This document shows positions 49,789-58,149 of a stretch of 64,000 nt of DNA, in pieces (the first letter of the stretch is position 1; the number at the start of each line of letters is the position of its first letter). The stretch is from Bacteroides fragilis (GTDB lineage Bacteria; Bacteroidota; Bacteroidia; Bacteroidales; DTGW01), in NCBI GenBank assembly GCA_945889005.1, contig CAMDBI010000017.1, forward strand, positions 227-64,226, in the 5' to 3' direction. Both the position numbers and the translations under genes were made by a program. The notes under the pieces are model-generated. The model was given only the letters and a program-made list of their open reading frames with translations. It searched no databases and was not told where the DNA came from.

Positions 49789-50445
49789 ATGATTAAGATT
49801 ATTTTAACCGACGATCACAACATATTCAGACAAGGATTAAAATCAATAATAAGCATTGAGAAGTTTGGCGAAGTAGTTGCCGAAGCTGTCAATGGTCAGG
49901 AATTTTTGGATTTGCTTCCAAAACACAATCCCGATTTGGTATTGATGGATATCGATATGCCCGTGATGAATGGAATTGAGGCTATGGCAAAAGCTATAAA
50001 GTTGAAACCGGAGTTGAAAATTTTGTGTCTTACTTCGCATGGAGACGAAGCACACTATTACTCGGCAATTGAAGCCGGTGCCAAGGGTTTTGTTATTAAA
50101 AGTGCAGGTTTGGTTGAATTACAGACTGCAATAAATGAGGTTTCGTCGGGAGGCAATTATATTTCACAAGAACTTCTTAGAAATATAATTTCTAAAGTTA
50201 ATAGCGAAAAAGTTAAATCCGATTCAAATACAGAGAATTTGCAAACAGATCTTACCGAGCAAGAAACAGCTGTTTTATTAAATATCTCGAAAGGTTTGTC
50301 GAACGAAGAAATTTCAAAAGAATTGTCGATGCCAGCATCTCTGGTCGACAGATTTAAAGAAGCATTGTTTGCAAAAACAAATTCAAAAAATTCGGCAGGA
50401 TTAATTATGTATGCCATTAAAAAGAAATTGATAGTGGTCAGGTAA
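49789..50445 (+). CDS. NarL/FixJ-family response regulator (REC plus LuxR-type HTH)
   Basis: 218 aa. DLVLMDIDMPVMNG and C-terminal LTEQETAVLLNISKGLSNEEISKEL. Confidence 0.92.
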   Translation: MIKIILTDDHNIFRQGLKSIISIEKFGEVVAEAVNGQEFLDLLPKHNPDLVLMDIDMPVMNGIEAMAKAIKLKPELKILCLTSHGDEAHYYSAIEAGAKGFVIKSAGLVELQTAINEVSSGGNYISQELLRNIISKVNSEKVKSDSNTENLQTDLTEQETAVLLNISKGLSNEEISKELSMPASLVDRFKEALFAKTNSKNSAGLIMYAIKKKLIVVR

Positions 50446-50466
50446 TGGGTTTTTGTTGCCAGTACT

Positions 50467-51453
50467 TCATTCTTTTTTAAGTTTTTTGAGTCGTGTTTGA
50501 TAAGCCTGAAAATAATTTCTTTGTGTTGACTCATCTAAAAAAGAAGAAAAGGTTAATTTTTTAACAAAGTTAGACTGATTAAGCATTGTATTAAGTATGT
50601 CGTCATATACTTTTTTATTAATTCCAGCTTTTTCAGAGAGAATTTTAAATTGTGAGAAGACATTACCCTGTGCTAAGCTTTTAGGTAAAAGCCCATCTTC
50701 TAATGCAAAATCTTTGTCCTCTATATGTATCCGACTATTTAACATATCATAAGCAGGACTTAATTTAAAATCGCCCATCGAGGTTTCAATTAATGAAAAA
50801 TTCTTTAAATGAGCATCTCCATTTGAATATAAATAATTGAATATTAGTATTTTAAATAGCTTTGGAGCTTCTAAAGGATATGCAGGGACGAACTTTTTCA
50901 TTATTTCAAATAATTCAAAATAATTTCCAGAATACTTATAGTGCTCTCCATGTGTCTGTGGTGTCCTTCCCGAAAGAGAAGCAAAATCTTCTTGTGCCAA
51001 TTTCGAACCGTCTGCTTTTACATCAAATCTCTTTGTAATATATGCTGGTGAACCATCTCTGAAAAATATTAATGCGTTTTCTGCTGATTCGATGCCATAA
51101 GCTTGCTTTGCTATTTGCATAGTTAAATGTTCATTAGCTGGCATGCACTCAGGTTTTTTTCCTGTACTCGGAATTGGTTTTAGAATATATTCACCTTGCT
51201 CTTCTTCTTTGATGAGTCGTAATTTATTTTTATCAAGTAAGACTGAGAATTTCTCTTGTACACCTGAAATGGATATTCGTTTTCGATTTTCATCAAATAG
51301 ATAATCTGTTTCTGTATTTGAAGTCGGTGAATCGTAAGGCAATATATGATTCACTTTTTTTCCTTTAAATACTTTTGACAGACATGCTCTGCTATAACTT
51401 GTATGACCCTCCGATAATGTTCCAGGACAATATGTTATTTCATTTAAAATCAT
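50467..51453 (-). CDS. HipA-family Ser/Thr kinase toxin, C-terminal (kinase-core) half only (HipT-like)
   Basis: 328 aa. Gly-rich loop RISISGVQEKFS, catalytic NGDAHLKNFSL, and SPAYDMLNS. Confidence 0.8.
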   Translation of the reverse strand: MILNEITYCPGTLSEGHTSYSRACLSKVFKGKKVNHILPYDSPTSNTETDYLFDENRKRISISGVQEKFSVLLDKNKLRLIKEEEQGEYILKPIPSTGKKPECMPANEHLTMQIAKQAYGIESAENALIFFRDGSPAYITKRFDVKADGSKLAQEDFASLSGRTPQTHGEHYKYSGNYFELFEIMKKFVPAYPLEAPKLFKILIFNYLYSNGDAHLKNFSLIETSMGDFKLSPAYDMLNSRIHIEDKDFALEDGLLPKSLAQGNVFSQFKILSEKAGINKKVYDDILNTMLNQSNFVKKLTFSSFLDESTQRNYFQAYQTRLKKLKKE

Positions 51454-51457
51454 ACAA

Positions 51458-51781
51458 TTATTCTGTTTTAATAACTTTTATAGCTCCAATATTATCATTC
51501 TTTGCCGTGGTAAGAAGTATCCCAAACGAATCGTTCAAGTCCAATCTATTTAGCTTACATACTATCTGTTTATTAGATCCTTCCGGAAGCATGTTGTAAA
51601 AAAAAGGAAATAAAAAGGCGGAATGATGTTCTTGTTGAGATTTTGGCAATGTTAAACTAATAGAAGGTTTTGTTTTATCTATAATCCATAAGTTATCGTA
51701 TTTAAAGGTGTATGAACCATTATCATGCTGAGTTAACATGCCTGCTTCTTGGTTTTTATAAAGTATTATTGCTTTCCTCAT
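51458..51781 (-). CDS. HipA N-terminal-subdomain protein encoded separately (HipS-like)
   Basis: 107 aa. GMLTQHDNGSYTFKYD...ISLTLP...FPFFYNMLPEGSNKQIV matches the HipA N-terminal 'couple_hipA' pattern. Ends 4 nt before the kinase start. Confidence 0.75.
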   Translation of the reverse strand: MRKAIILYKNQEAGMLTQHDNGSYTFKYDNLWIIDKTKPSISLTLPKSQQEHHSAFLFPFFYNMLPEGSNKQIVCKLNRLDLNDSFGILLTTAKNDNIGAIKVIKTE

Positions 51782-51992
51782 TTGTTATTGCTGTTTTAAC
51801 CTTTAAACAAACTTCTAAACCTAAGGTGCCTGCTATTTTCTCAATAGTATAAAGGGTTGGATTGCCTTTACCACTCTCAAATTGCTTAAGTGTTCGTAAT
51901 CCAACTCCCGAAAGTTTAGCCAAATTTTCTTGGTTAACCTTGAGATTTTCTCTACGTTCTTTTATTGTATTGATTAAATTCGTAAAGTGCAT
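51756..51992 (-). CDS. XRE-family HTH protein (HipB-like)
   Basis: 78 aa. NLAKLSGVGLRTLKQFESGKGNPTLYTIEKIAGTLG. Its 3' end overlaps the next gene by 26 nt. Confidence 0.8.
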   Translation of the reverse strand: MHFTNLINTIKERRENLKVNQENLAKLSGVGLRTLKQFESGKGNPTLYTIEKIAGTLGLEVCLKVKTAITNEESNNTL

Positions 51993-52005
51993 AATATTGC
52001 TCTTT

Positions 52006-52025
52006 TATTTGTAAAAATACAAATA
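52006..52025. promoter_or_regulatory. Perfect palindrome 14 nt upstream of the HTH gene start, a candidate operator
   Basis: TATTTGTA-AAAA-TACAAATA. Confidence 0.3.
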
Positions 52026-52229
52026 TTTCTTAATAAAACAATTTTTAGGGCAACAAAATGCACTATTAATTGAAGATATTAATGGGATATTGAGAAATAT
52101 ACATTTATAGTGCAGTATATTGCATACTGATAATAGTTATTAAAAACATATCAATCTTCAAATAAAACCTTCTTATTGAGTAGTTGCTAGTTTCTGCTAT
52201 TTTGTACTTTTGTGCTGCAAAATAAAATT

Positions 52230-53651
52230 ATGTATACCCATTTTCTTCAAAGTAAAATATTTTCAATTCTTTCCGATTCTGCCGAACAACAAGGTATTGA
52301 GGCCTATGTTATAGGTGGTTTTGTGCGTGATTGTTTTCTCGAACGCCAATCGAAAGATATCGATATAGTGGTTGCCGGCAATGGCATTGAATTTGCTCGG
52401 CAGGTTGCAAAGGCAATAGGTGGTCGGTGCCACGTAAGCGTTTTCGAAAACTTTGGCACAGCCATGCTTCGTTTTGACGATTGGGAGGTCGAGTTTGTTG
52501 GGGCACGCAAGGAGTCGTACCGTCGCGACTCTCGCAAACCTATTGTCGAGAACGGTACTCTCGAAGACGATCAAATTCGTCGCGATTTTACCATTAATGC
52601 TCTCGCTATTAGTCTCAATAAAGCAGATTATGGAACTTTGGTCGACCCATTTGGCGGGTTGATTGATTTGGACAACAAAATTCTTCGTACACCTGCCGAT
52701 CCCGATATTACTTTTTCCGACGATCCGCTCCGAATGATGCGCGCTGTTCGTTTTGCTTCTCAACTCGATTTTGAAATCGAAAAAGAAACTTTCGAGGCCA
52801 TACAGCGCAATGCCTCGCGTATCGAGATTGTATCAAAAGAACGCATTATCGACGAGTTTAATAAACTCATGCTGTCGCCTCGTCCGTCTATTGGGCTCGA
52901 TCAGATGGAAAAAACAGGCTTGATGGCTATTGTTTTCCCTGAATTTCAGCGTCTCAAAGGTGTTGAAAATATCCAGGGCAAAATGCACAAAGATGTTTTT
53001 TACCATACCTTGCAGGTGGTCGACAATCTTTCGAAAAACACTAACGATCTATGGTTGCGTTGGGCAGCTTTGTTGCACGATATTGCAAAGCCCGGAACCA
53101 AGCGATTTCAAGAAGGCACAGGCTGGACTTTTCATGGACACGAAGTTGTGGGCGAACGTCTTACAAGTCGTATTTTTAACCGAATGAAATTGCCGCTCGA
53201 TGGGCGTATGCATTATGTTCAAAAAATGGTTGGACTACACTTGCGACCCATAGCACTTGTCAAAGAAGAAGTTACCGACTCGGCTGTGAGGCGCTTGTTG
53301 TTCGATGCCGGCGACGATATCGACGATCTTATGTTGCTCTGCCAGGCCGATATTACCTCAAAAAACGAAAAACTTAAACAGCGTTATCTCGACAATTTTC
53401 AATTGGTTCGCCAAAAACTTAGAGAGATTGAAGAAAAAGATGCCATTCGCAACTTTCAACCACCGGTCGATGGCAACGAAATAATTGAAACCTTTGGATT
53501 GCCGCCATGCAAAGAAATTGGAATAATTAAAAATGCCATTAAAGATGCTATACTCGACGGGCTTATTGCTAATAACCACGACGAAGCGTATAATTTTATG
53601 CTCGATAAAGCAAAAGTACTAGGTCTCGAAATAGTGAAAATGAAAAAATAA
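52230..53651 (+). CDS. cca: tRNA nucleotidyltransferase (CCA-adding enzyme) / poly(A) polymerase family with HD domain
   Basis: YVIGGFVRDCFL...KDIDIVV head domain, RDFTINA, and an HD region (HDIAKP). ATG at 52230 is preferred because the TACTTTTG -7 motif (52205-52212) overlaps the GTG at 52212. Confidence 0.85.
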   Translation: MYTHFLQSKIFSILSDSAEQQGIEAYVIGGFVRDCFLERQSKDIDIVVAGNGIEFARQVAKAIGGRCHVSVFENFGTAMLRFDDWEVEFVGARKESYRRDSRKPIVENGTLEDDQIRRDFTINALAISLNKADYGTLVDPFGGLIDLDNKILRTPADPDITFSDDPLRMMRAVRFASQLDFEIEKETFEAIQRNASRIEIVSKERIIDEFNKLMLSPRPSIGLDQMEKTGLMAIVFPEFQRLKGVENIQGKMHKDVFYHTLQVVDNLSKNTNDLWLRWAALLHDIAKPGTKRFQEGTGWTFHGHEVVGERLTSRIFNRMKLPLDGRMHYVQKMVGLHLRPIALVKEEVTDSAVRRLLFDAGDDIDDLMLLCQADITSKNEKLKQRYLDNFQLVRQKLREIEEKDAIRNFQPPVDGNEIIETFGLPPCKEIGIIKNAIKDAILDGLIANNHDEAYNFMLDKAKVLGLEIVKMKK

Positions 53652-53692
53652 TAATATCTTTAAAGCACTTTTTTAAATTTTAAAATTGAATG

Positions 53693-53857
53693 CCGTTTAG
53701 TTAAGGCAAATACAAATAACCCCAACCCCTTATGTTTCGACTACGCTCAACAAACGGGGGCAATAACATTGCAGTACAGCGGTTTCCCCTTCTCGGTTAC
53801 TGAGCTTAGTCGAAGTAAAGGAGGGGCAGGGGAGGTTTAAAAAAGCTTAACTAAAAG
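53693..53857. repeat. ~165-nt nested palindromic element sharing its core with the MITE-like element at 9095-9293
   Basis: Outer GTTTAGTTAAG / CTTAACTAAA. Shared core GCAAATACAAATAACCCCAACCCCTT...GGGGCAATAACA...GGAGGGGCAGGGGAGGTTTAAA. Inner arms TTTCGACTACGCTCA / TGAGCTTAGTCGAA. Confidence 0.65.
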
Positions 53858-53913
53858 ACATTGATTAAAATTGGTAAAAAAGTATGTATGTTTAAACCTA
53901 TAAATATCAAAAA

Positions 53914-55035
53914 ATGAAATTCAGTGAAGTGCTTTTTAGGATTTTGCCCAGTATAATCATTGGAGTGCCTGTTGCATACTTTATTTTAAACAGGTTCTTT
54001 AAAGGATCAATTTTTGTTAAAATTGGCTCAATTTGGGTGGCAAATTTGTTGCTTATTATGGCCAACACTCAATTGGCAGCTTTTTATAAAAATGAATACC
54101 CACAATACATTTCGGTACCGGTAGGAGTAATATTAACCTTGTTGCTCTTTACCTATTCAGCACGTATACTTAAACCCTTAAGAAAAGCAACCGAAAGTTT
54201 AGATGAACTCTCGAAAGGCAATCTTAATGCCGAAATAGATTTAGATTTTATCGATCAAAACAACGAGGTCGGTCATATCAACCGATCGATGCGCGATTTA
54301 CAAGTAAATTTTAAAAATGTCATTCATTCGATACAATCTAGTGCGGAACTTCTTAACGAAGAGGCTCATATAATAAATAAATCGAGCATGTCATTATCTG
54401 AAGCTGCAAACGAGCAAGCAGCATCGGTCGAAGAAATATCGGCTTCGATCGAAGAGATGTCTGCCAATATTCAGCAAACAACCCTAAATGCTAGAGAAAC
54501 TGAAAAACGTTCGAATAAAGCTTCTGAAACTGTTACAAAAGTAGGTTTAGCATCGGAGCAAAGTTTGGTTGCTGTTCAGAACATTACCGATAAAATTAGC
54601 ATTATCAACGATATTGCTTTTCAAACCAATATATTGGCGCTCAATGCGGCCGTTGAAGCAGCTCGAGCAGGCGAACATGGTAGAGGTTTCGCGGTTGTGG
54701 CCGGTGAAGTTCGTAAATTGGCCGAACGCAGTAAAGCTGCTGCCGACGAAATTATGGTGTTGGCTCAATCTACCGTCAATCAATCGACCCAATCGGGAAA
54801 GCTTGTCCAAGATCTTTTACCCGAAATAAAAGATACCTCAAAACTTGTTCAAGAAATAACTACGGCTAGTACCGAACAATCGACCGGAGCCGAACAGGTA
54901 AACAATGCAATTCAGCAACTCAACGAACGCACTCAGCAAAATGTGGTAAATGTCGACCGCATGACCGAAAGCGCAAGCCGCTTAAATACCAAAGCAGAAG
55001 AACTTCAGGAAGCAATGGATTTTTTTAGAATGTAA
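53914..55035 (+). CDS. Methyl-accepting chemotaxis protein, short form (membrane anchor, HAMP, MA domain)
   Basis: 373 aa. [34 protein letters not shown]. Confidence 0.9.
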   Translation: MKFSEVLFRILPSIIIGVPVAYFILNRFFKGSIFVKIGSIWVANLLLIMANTQLAAFYKNEYPQYISVPVGVILTLLLFTYSARILKPLRKATESLDELSKGNLNAEIDLDFIDQNNEVGHINRSMRDLQVNFKNVIHSIQSSAELLNEEAHIINKSSMSLSEAANEQAASVEEISASIEEMSANIQQTTLNARETEKRSNKASETVTKVGLASEQSLVAVQNITDKISIINDIAFQTNILALNAAVEAARAGEHGRGFAVVAGEVRKLAERSKAAADEIMVLAQSTVNQSTQSGKLVQDLLPEIKDTSKLVQEITTASTEQSTGAEQVNNAIQQLNERTQQNVVNVDRMTESASRLNTKAEELQEAMDFFRM

Positions 55036-55097
55036 TATGTTGAACATAAATTTTTTGTAAGAATAATAATATCTAATTTATACTCTATCTGTTTTGT

Positions 55098-55138
55098 AAG
55101 TCCGATTTGAAGTTCTTTTTTCAAATCGGACTTTTTTA
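55098..55138 (+). terminator. Rho-independent terminator after the short MCP gene
   Basis: Perfect 14-bp stem AAGTCCGATTTGAA / TTCAAATCGGACTT followed by TTTTTT. Confidence 0.75.
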
Positions 55139-55309
55139 TATAATTCTGAATAACAATGATATATCGTTGCAGATACTCATAATATTATCACTCAATCATA
55201 ATTTTTTAATTATTTAACAATTAATTTACATAAAGTACGATAGTTTATTCAATAAATGAACTAACTTTGTATCGTAATTAAATAGTAAAAATTTTTAAAA
55301 AACAAAACA

Positions 55310-55687
55310 ATGAAAACAATGAATTTAAAAACAAAAATTGCAGTTACAGCCTTGTTGTTAGTATCTGCTTTTTCGTATGCTGCAGAGTTTAAGCAATTTG
55401 TAAATGTACAAGCTGTAGAAACAGAGAAAAAAGCAATGATTAGTGTATTGAATCCTTTCGAGAAAAAAGTTTCAATTAAAGTTGAAAATGAAGGAGGTAC
55501 AGTCGTGCTTTTTGATAAAAGTTACTACGATTCTAAAATTGCAAAGATTCTAAATTTTAAAGAACTAGAAAATGGTGAATACAAAGTATTTATCAAAAGT
55601 GGAAAACAAATAGTTGAAGAAACTTTTATAATATCTGACGGTTTGGTTATTATCAAATCTGAAAATATTAAACTTTCGTCTCTATAA
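55310..55687 (+). CDS. Hypothetical small secreted protein
   Basis: 125 aa. Signal peptide MKTMNLKTKIAVTALLLVSAFSYA. Beta-rich remainder. No family recognised. Confidence 0.5.
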   Translation: MKTMNLKTKIAVTALLLVSAFSYAAEFKQFVNVQAVETEKKAMISVLNPFEKKVSIKVENEGGTVVLFDKSYYDSKIAKILNFKELENGEYKVFIKSGKQIVEETFIISDGLVIIKSENIKLSSL

Positions 55688-55745
55688 TTTTAAAAGACTC
55701 AAGTTTGTGAAATAGATTTAGATATAAAAAAAACTATAGCATGTT

Positions 55746-55775
55746 AGCCGGAAAAGTTCCGGCTTTTTGTTTTTT
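55746..55775. terminator. Hairpin terminator between convergent genes
   Basis: AGCCGGAA / TTCCGGCT stem followed by a T-tract, with an A-tract upstream. Confidence 0.65.
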
Positions 55776-55818
55776 GTACCTTATGGTTTGTTGCAGAATA
55801 AATACAATAAATACCAGA

Positions 55819-57255
55819 TTATGCTTTGACTACATAGAGCTGAGCAGCTTCTTGTTTTATAACCTTAATAATTTGCTCTTGTTCAATAAAGCCCGATTCC
55901 GATTTGGCATCGTAAGGTTTTCCTTCAATTTCGACGGTTCCCGATGGACGAAGAACGGTAATAGTTTTTCCGGTTTTACCAATAAGCGATTTTAATTCTG
56001 CTTGTGAGCCTACATAACCCTCAGAGCTTTTTTGTTCGGCTGTCAATGCCAAACGAAAGGTTTTGCTCATTAATATTTTGCTGCTAAAAAACAACGATAC
56101 AATAAAAGAAAGCGTAACCGAAACCACGACTATTGTTAATGCCCTAAATAATACTGAAAAACCGGGAATTATTTTTAATTCACTTTCAGGTTCAGCTGGG
56201 TTGTTAACAGGTGTAAAGTCTAAAGCGCCTATCATGGCTAGGGTGAGTCCGGTTATTACAAGCACTATGCCGGCTATACCAGCTACTCCAAATCCGGGCA
56301 ATACAAATATTTCAACAACAATAAGTATTATACCAATAATAAAAATTAGTATTTCCCAATGGTTTGCCAAACCTTCGATATAAAGTGGTGCAAAATAAAG
56401 CAAGGCTGCTATTATAGCTGCAATTAGCGGAAATCCTATTCCGGGCGATTGCATTTCGAAATACAAACCTGCAACAATTACCATAATAAGAATTCCTTGT
56501 AGAGCAGGACTGGTAAGCCAACCCATAATGCCATCCATAGCCGACACTTTGTATTCCTTTATTTCGTAATTTTCAATACCAGCTTGTTTGAGTACTTCTG
56601 TTACGTTTTCGGCTTTTCCTTCGCAAAAATTATTGGCAATTGCTTCTTCGGTGGTAAAGGTCAATACTTTATTACTATCGTTAACTCCTTTAATATAAGT
56701 GCGTGGGTCTACCATAGCTTCAGCAATTTTTGGGTCGCGATGCCATCTTATAAGGGTGTCTTTGCCTATTATAGTTGTGTCTTTGCCATGAGTTTCGGCT
56801 GTAGACCTCATGATTGCCCGAAGGTAGCTTTGGTATTTCTCGGGAACTACTTCGCCGGTTTGATTTACGACTGTTGCAGCCCCAATACTGCCACCTTGTC
56901 GCATATAAATACTATCGGCTGCAATAGCAATGAGCGCTCCGGCCGATGCCGCATTGTTATCGATAAATACCAATATGGGAATGGGGCAGTTGAGCAATTT
57001 GGTACGAATCGAATCGGCTACATCAACCATACCACCGTATGTATTGAGACGAATCACGATGTAATCGGCATCTAACTTGATAGCTTCATCGATACATAGT
57101 TTGGTTATGCGCCACATGGCGGGCATTATTTCTTTGTCGATACTAAATTGATATACCAATTTTTTATCATTTGTATTGTCGTTCAATCCAGCTCCCATCA
57201 AGGGTAAAAGCATTATAATAAAGAAAAATAGCAGCTTCTTTGATATCGGTTTCAT
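55819..57255 (-). CDS. NfeD-family membrane-bound ClpP-class serine protease
   Basis: 478 aa. Signal/anchor, a ClpP-like domain (VFIDNNAASAGALIAIAADSIYM), four to five TM helices, and a C-terminal OB-like NfeD domain. Confidence 0.75.
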   Translation of the reverse strand: MKPISKKLLFFFIIMLLPLMGAGLNDNTNDKKLVYQFSIDKEIMPAMWRITKLCIDEAIKLDADYIVIRLNTYGGMVDVADSIRTKLLNCPIPILVFIDNNAASAGALIAIAADSIYMRQGGSIGAATVVNQTGEVVPEKYQSYLRAIMRSTAETHGKDTTIIGKDTLIRWHRDPKIAEAMVDPRTYIKGVNDSNKVLTFTTEEAIANNFCEGKAENVTEVLKQAGIENYEIKEYKVSAMDGIMGWLTSPALQGILIMVIVAGLYFEMQSPGIGFPLIAAIIAALLYFAPLYIEGLANHWEILIFIIGIILIVVEIFVLPGFGVAGIAGIVLVITGLTLAMIGALDFTPVNNPAEPESELKIIPGFSVLFRALTIVVVSVTLSFIVSLFFSSKILMSKTFRLALTAEQKSSEGYVGSQAELKSLIGKTGKTITVLRPSGTVEIEGKPYDAKSESGFIEQEQIIKVIKQEAAQLYVVKA

Positions 57256-57268
57256 ATTTTGTATTGTA

Positions 57269-58030
57269 TTAAATTTCTTTTAAATATTTTGAAAACAGTT
57301 TATATCCTTCCATTTTTTTCTCGTCGACCATGTAGCTTATGTTATTTACCAAATAGTCGATAATATCTATATTTTTGAGTTCCGGATTTTCGGTAATAGC
57401 CAATGCTGCAACTTTCCGAAGATCTGAAAGACCATATTCGAGAGCAAGGCTAAAATGCAGTACAAATTCCGGATCCAGTTCCTTGTTGGCTACCCAAAAA
57501 GCAAATACAAATGGCAGGCCTGTATACGAATACCACTCAGAAGCCAAATCGTATGTGTATTTGTGTTCTTTTTCGTGCAACATGGCTTTGTCGCCAATTA
57601 TTACCATAGCATCGCCATTGTTCATCGCCATTGTTTCAAAACCTGCATTGGTGTTGAAATAGCTAAAGTCTTTCTTCCAAAAATTTATTGCCAATATTTT
57701 GACCAATGCCACAGAAGTTCGCGATTCGAAATCGAGATAAACATTTTTGATGCTTTCGAGAGGTACATCGCTTACAAGTACTACCGATCGTACTTTATCG
57801 GTTGCTCCAATGCAAAAATCGCTGACGATTACTGGGTTTTTTATGTGTTGAATAGCTGCTGTGGGTATTAGTCCTATATCAGCTCGATTGTTTATGAGTT
57901 TTTCTGCACAAGCAGACGGATAATCAACCGAAAGTTCAATTTTTTTTGAAATGGAATGATTTTTTAAACCTAATACAAAAGGGTAGGAGTTGAGGTATGA
58001 TATTACTGAGACCCGTACTTTTTCACTCAT
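57269..58030 (-). CDS. mqnA: Chorismate dehydratase MqnA (futalosine menaquinone pathway)
   Basis: 253 aa. VRVSVISYLNSYPFVLGL...ADIGLIP matches the MqnA/MqnD periplasmic-binding-like fold pattern. Confidence 0.7.
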   Translation of the reverse strand: MSEKVRVSVISYLNSYPFVLGLKNHSISKKIELSVDYPSACAEKLINNRADIGLIPTAAIQHIKNPVIVSDFCIGATDKVRSVVLVSDVPLESIKNVYLDFESRTSVALVKILAINFWKKDFSYFNTNAGFETMAMNNGDAMVIIGDKAMLHEKEHKYTYDLASEWYSYTGLPFVFAFWVANKELDPEFVLHFSLALEYGLSDLRKVAALAITENPELKNIDIIDYLVNNISYMVDEKKMEGYKLFSKYLKEI

Positions 58031-58097
58031 CTGACTATCTAATTTTGAGCGCTAATTTAACGTTTTTCGAACAATTTGACGATTGTTTTATGAACAT

Positions 58098-58129
58098 TTT
58101 GCTTATTTTATAAATTTCGTGTAGGTTTG
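58098..58129 (+). promoter_or_regulatory. Bacteroidota-type promoter upstream of purB
   Basis: TTTG at 58098-58101, 20-nt spacer, TAGGTTTG at 58122-58129. Confidence 0.5.
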
Positions 58130-58149
58130 CAGGTCTTAAAAATTGAATA

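Noticed and set aside
38097-50445. Interpretation as an ordinary flagellar chemotaxis operon
   Set aside because: The cluster has no CheY, CheB, CheR, CheZ/C/X or flagellar genes. It contains three receiver-fused kinases and a DNA-binding regulator instead. This cannot be fully excluded without the rest of the genome.
52212-52229. GTG start for the CCA-enzyme gene, as given in the ORF track
   Set aside because: The TACTTTTG -7 promoter motif ends at 52212, so the GTG would lie upstream of the transcript. The ATG at 52230 is used instead.
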